From assembly GCA_043228905.1 (NCBI GenBank), contig JBHGNT010001035.1, positions 1 to 12,773 on the forward strand: a stretch of DNA of 12,773 bases, written 5' to 3'. Of the stretch, positions 8,692-12,773 are shown piece by piece. The position numbers were made by a program, and so were the translations under genes. Below the pieces are notes generated by a model, which was given only the letters and a program-made list of their open reading frames with translations, was not told the DNA's origin and searched no databases. The stretch's first letter is position 1; every line of letters starts with the position of its first letter. Origin of the DNA: Azolla caroliniana (taxonomy: Eukaryota > Plantae > Polypodiophyta).

Positions 8692-8853
8692 AGTCTCCCA
8701 TCATTAACACTTTACCAAGCTTCTCAAATGAAAGTATATCATGGCATAATTCTATAAAAGGATCATTACAATAGTTTCCCATAATTAACACTTTACCAAG
8801 CTCCTCAAATGAAAGTATATCATGGCATAATTCTGTAAAAGGATCATTACAAT
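8692..8853. repeat. 81-bp in-frame tandem duplication in the LINE endonuclease
   Basis: Copies 8692-8772 and 8773-8853 differ at 4 positions. The peptide CNDPFxELCHDILSFExLGKVLxMG occurs twice. Confidence 0.95.
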
Positions 8854-9255
8854 CTAACCCAAACCTATTGTAGTAGTTTGAGTCAGTGTGAGGAATGTAA
8901 CATGCAACTATATATAGCTTCTCTTTCCCCAAATTAATCGCTATCCATATGTATCACTTATAGTCGTCATATTTGCAGACTTTGATAGAGTTATCTAAGC
9001 TCTCATGGTAGATAAATGTTATATCCTGGCACGCCCAATATTCCCTTTGGAATGAGGCCATATCGATTTTATGGGGTAACCATCTATCTTAGGTATACGT
9101 TTGGCCTCATGCTCCCATGTTTCAGCCAAAAAAATAATATCCATACCTTGAGCTACATCATTGAATCCTAAACCTTTATTCCATGGATATCCTCGACAAT
9201 TCCAAAACATTACTTTCAATCTTGAAGTATTTATGGTTCTATAGGTCATTGATTG

Positions 9256-10009
9256 CTATGCATTTTGATTTGCTTTCCTAGATGCATATGCTTGCCTTCT
9301 ACGTTTTTGATCTTGTAGAGTTCTATCCTCTATTACAAAGAAACTTGTCCCTTTTAGGTACACCTTATTACTATCTAGAATGATGTTGCTCCTTTATGCT
9401 AATCTAGGATTGTACAAACAATAGCTCAAGATGACTTTCCCTCTTGCTGCTTTTGCCAACCCTATGTGCGGCATATACAATAACATCTCGTATAGCAAAG
9501 TGTCCTTCAAAGAATTTTCTAATATTCTCAGCAAGAGATAATGTATTCTCTATTTCATTCTCTTGCATACCTCTAATGACAACATTATTCTTTCTTTTTG
9601 CTATTTCATGTTACTCCTCTGCATCTAACACATCCATGGTATTGGAATGCCTTTGCGTGATTTTTGGTGTTTCTTTCAAGAGAACATCTTTCCATCTTGT
9701 CATGGTCACATTTTCCTTCCCTTTAATTGTAGATTTTATTTCAGCATTTGCCTTTATTTAAATCTTTTTTTCTCCTTCAAGACCCAACATGTTTCTTTTT
9801 ATTTTAGGTATCCAATTAGCTTGCATTTGAGTAGTCATGTTCTTCATTGCATGTAGTTCTCCGCCCAGAGCTTTAATCTCTAACTCTTGCATTTCCATTT
9901 TATGTTCAAGAGTTGATTCTCTCTCTTTACAAACATACATTTTGCTTTGCATATTCACCACTGTCTCTTGAAATGAGATATACATACCTGCCATCTTTTC
10001 CATTGACAT
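9256..10009 (-). pseudogene. LINE ORF1 pseudogene (coiled coil plus RRM-like region and CTD)
   Basis: Hand translation gives a K/E-rich coiled-coil segment, then KRKNNVVIRGMQE, AHRVGK and LKGTSFFVIEDRT, with stops and frameshifts. It ends just before the ORF2 ATG at 9249. Confidence 0.75.
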
Positions 10010-11024
10010 TTGACAAAGTATGAGGGATGAGGAGAAGAACTCTCCAAGATAAGTTAATTCATTTGCCTTTATATCTCTTTATGACTTGGGTGAATTTGTC
10101 TTCGTCCCTTTTTAGAGTTCTAGGGACACAAGACCTTTTTCTAAGTTCTTCCAAGTCTCTTGCTCTAACATACATCAATGCTCATGTCGGCACTCCTGAA
10201 ACGTACAATGGGTACTTAATAATTCAATATGTTAACTTTATTTTTTAATGTCATTGAAGAAAAACTTAAATGTTCTATTTGAGTCAATAAACTCCTATTG
10301 CCATGAGAGGAGAAGAAGCGCCAAACAATGCATAGACATTGTGCATATATATACATTTACAACATGCATGATAGACCGCATAGGTTAAAATGAATGAAAG
10401 TTTGATGCATAAAAGGATATTAATAATAGTACTCAAGGGCCTCTTGAGAATGTAGGATGCCATATGATTCACCTTTTAAAGAAAATTCGACAAGGAAAAG
10501 GAGCGTGTTCACATTGCAAGTTTGCTTTTAGGAACATGGTTCAAATGACTTTTTGAAGATAAAGCTAATTCAACAAACGTCATATGACAAAGAACATTTA
10601 TAGCACGCTTGTATGTTGCAATTTAACACAATAACAATATGTAACCTAGTAAACCAAGATGTACAACCGTTGCCTTTTATATATCATACAAACAACTTTG
10701 GATGTCCCCACACACAAAAGTATTGCACTTACCTTGTTGGATTTTTCAATAAACGAAATACATAAAGATGATGGAATAGTAGTGAAGGTAGTGCATTGCA
10801 ATGTTAATTAAGGTTATGGTTTCTTTTCACAAGCTGAGTTCGTGAGTTTGTGCACAATCAATGAGAACATTAGCACTTTCCGTTAAAAGGCAAAGAAGAC
10901 ATGTTAGAATGTAGATCAACCTTGAAATGTATGATCAAGAGATGGAGACAGAAGAAGACATTTCATTTAACAATAGTTTTTGCATAGGAGAAAGACCATT
11001 GCCTAAACATAAACGTTATTCGGC

Positions 11025-11313
11025 CACATACATAACATACATACATACACACACACATAAATACATACATACATACATTTAACATACATACATTAACATA
11101 CATACATACATACATTTAACATACATACATACACATACATACATACATTTAACATACATACATACACATACATACATTAACATACATACATACACAAATA
11201 CATACATTTAACATACATACATACACATACATACATTAACATACATACCTACAGGCTACATACGTACACACACGCATACATCCATACATTATACATACAT
11301 ACATACACACACA
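11025..11313. repeat. Compound (CATA)n microsatellite with recurring CATT(T)AA interruptions
   Basis: Directly visible in the sequence. Confidence 0.97.
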
Positions 11314-11328
11314 CCACCACGACTAGTT

Positions 11329-11333
<5 letters not shown>

Positions 11334-11376
<43 letters not shown>
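11334..11376. repeat. (CT)n microsatellite in the promoter or 5' leader of the F-box gene
   Basis: About 21 perfect CT units, ~290 bp upstream of the ATG. Confidence 0.97.
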
Positions 11377-11380
<4 letters not shown>

Positions 11381-11426
11381 TTCTGTGTACCCCCGCCATT
11401 TCGATCAGAAGAGGAGAAAGAGGAAC

Positions 11427-11631
11427 TCCATCCATCCATCCATCCATTTTGGCTGCTGTCTGTCATATTGACCTGGATTAATCCAATCCATTTTGGCTGC
11501 TGTCTGTTATATATTGACCTGGATCCATCCATCCATTCCATCGATTGATCCAATCCATTTTGGCTGCTGTCTGTCATATTGACCTGGATCCATCCATCCA
11601 TTCCATCCATCCATCCATCCATCCATCCATC
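11427..11631. repeat. Three copies of a ~37-bp motif embedded in (CATC)n
   Basis: ATCCATTTTGGCTGCTGTCTGTCATATTGACCTGGAT at 11442-11478, 11486-11524 (2 nt longer) and 11553-11589. Confidence 0.95.
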
Positions 11632-11667
11632 GAGAGGAGAACAGGAAGAGCAGATAGATTAGATTAC

Positions 11668-12773
11668 ATGGCTTCTGTGTTCTCCTCCTTACTCGACCTT
11701 CCAGAGGACGTTTTGGCATATCTCTCTGCCTCCCTATCCCCCAGAGACCTCTGCAACCTCGGCTTCACCTGCAAGAAGCTTCACAACATCTGCACATCTG
11801 ACAAGTTATGGCTGCCTCATTGCAAGTCTGCGCTCCAGCCCAGCAGCGGACAGCACCATGCTTCCTCTTCCAATTGCATAGACCTTGCCTCCTGGTGGCT
11901 CATCGTACGCTCTTACAAGTCGATCTTTCGGTTCATCCTCTCTGTTCGGCCGCTGCTGGGCATTTGGGTTCATCAAAACCCTGAGCCTGGCAACCTTGTC
12001 TTCGTCACATGGGGCCACCTCTCTGTTGTGGGATGCCGTATCATACCCCAAGAACTAGGTCCCACTGGCATCGACTCCGGTCTCCTCTGGGCGCCTGTCT
12101 TCGAAATCATGGGCGCTGCTGATGGATCCCTTGCCTTCTTCTTACATGGGCGGGAGGGTGAGAGAGATTGTTGCTACCCTGGCTGTTTCAACGGAGCCAA
12201 GGAAGGTTCCAATGTTCTCCTGCTAGAAGCCGAGCCTCGATCCCGCCTTGCCGGTTCGCCTTCTTCTTCATCATCATCATCATTATCTTCTTCGTCTTCG
12301 TCTTCTTCGGATGGTAACATTTGTGATGTCATGGGTGACACAGATGACATGGATGCTTCGTTGACTTTTGATGATTTTAGGATGCTGGCCAGACATGGTT
12401 GTAATCTCACTAAAGACAAAGAACCCTTTGGCCCTGTTTCTTTTCAACGCCTTCATTTTGCAGATAGGAAGAAGATGCTCGACGCCATTGCGAAGCATGT
12501 CCGCCTCAAGATTCCACAGCCTTTTGTGGAACCAATGTTTCCGAAGGCAAGGGGCAGAGTAAGAAGAGCAGAGAACATCGATTATCTCCCTATGCAAGAG
12601 ACGATTCAGAAAGAGGCTGTTGAATTGGACGAGAGAAGGTCGCTCCTTCTCCGGATGTACAACTCGGGTGATCCTCACAGTAGGCGCCCACCAACCATAA
12701 CCCATTATAATGGCATCAATTCAAACTATCTCCTCGACAAAATGTGCAATCCTGCTGACTATACCAGTGGCTT
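11668..12773 (+). CDS. F-box protein, Arabidopsis At5g39450-like; runs off the 3' end of the window
   Basis: Not in the ORF track because there is no stop in the window. Hand translation: MASVFSSLLDLPEDVLAYLSASLSPRDLCNLGFTCKKLHNICTSDKLW (F-box), then RPLLGIWVHQNPEPGNLVFV, LSVVGCRIIPQELGP and WAPVFEI..DGSLAFFLHGR, which I recognise from the At5g39450 family. About 368 codons are open. Confidence 0.92.
   Translation, partial: MASVFSSLLDLPEDVLAYLSASLSPRDLCNLGFTCKKLHNICTSDKLWLPHCKSALQPSSGQHHASSSNCIDLASWWLIVRSYKSIFRFILSVRPLLGIWVHQNPEPGNLVFVTWGHLSVVGCRIIPQELGPTGIDSGLLWAPVFEIMGAADGSLAFFLHGREGERDCCYPGCFNGAKEGSNVLLLEAEPRSRLAGSPSSSSSSSLSSSSSSSSDGNICDVMGDTDDMDASLTFDDFRMLARHGCNLTKDKEPFGPVSFQRLHFADRKKMLDAIAKHVRLKIPQPFVEPMFPKARGRVRRAENIDYLPMQETIQKEAVELDERRSLLLRMYNSGDPHSRRPPTITHYNGINSNYLLDKMCNPADYTSG

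Larger units (their letters stand above)
7384..9249 (-). pseudogene. LINE ORF2 pseudogene: AP-like endonuclease plus linker, split by the solo LTR
   Basis: Motifs MFWNCRG, DIIFLAETW, VACYIP, MGDFHAR, ILNG, SVVDY and SDHKPL, then WFDNECK at ~7650-7670. Stops and frameshifts present. Confidence 0.88.
7384..10200 (-). mobile_element. Degenerate non-LTR retrotransposon (LINE), 5' half; the RT-coding part is displaced off-window by element B; 5' boundary approximate
   Basis: ORF1-like and AP-endonuclease motifs in order on an A-rich minus strand, followed by the SWFDNECK linker motif. Confidence 0.88.

Noticed and set aside
11442-11589. 37-bp repeats with spacers as a CRISPR-like array
   Set aside because: The spacers are 7 and 28 nt of CATC-derived sequence, there are no cas genes, and the locus is a plant gene.
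11323-12705. Minus-strand ORFs (MDGW repeats, poly-ER, poly-D/E, poly-R)
   Set aside because: They are translations of microsatellites or of the antisense strand of the F-box CDS.

Overview
Eukaryotic, almost certainly land-plant, DNA; a non-seed plant such as a fern is my guess, not something the sequence proves. About 10 kb is a nested retroelement stack. A decayed minus-strand LINE (ORF1 plus AP-endonuclease, ~7384-10200) carries a 438-bp solo LTR with an ATGAT target-site duplication (7864-8301). The same LINE is interrupted at 7384 by a dead, internally deleted Ty3/Gypsy element B (minus strand; 5' LTR 6525-7383, tRNA-Trp PBS, gag stub, stop-riddled pol). Element B is in turn interrupted inside its integrase by a related, younger Ty3/Gypsy element A (plus strand; open pol to 3308, PPT, 3' LTR 3382-4030). 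To the right lie microsatellites, a triplicated ~37-bp motif, and the first ~368 codons of an At5g39450-like F-box gene (11668 to the window end) that the ORF track missed. I see no evidence of a new gene system. The most interesting signals are cis-acting, chiefly a U5 block conserved between two otherwise divergent LTRs that could pair with the tRNA-Trp primer.
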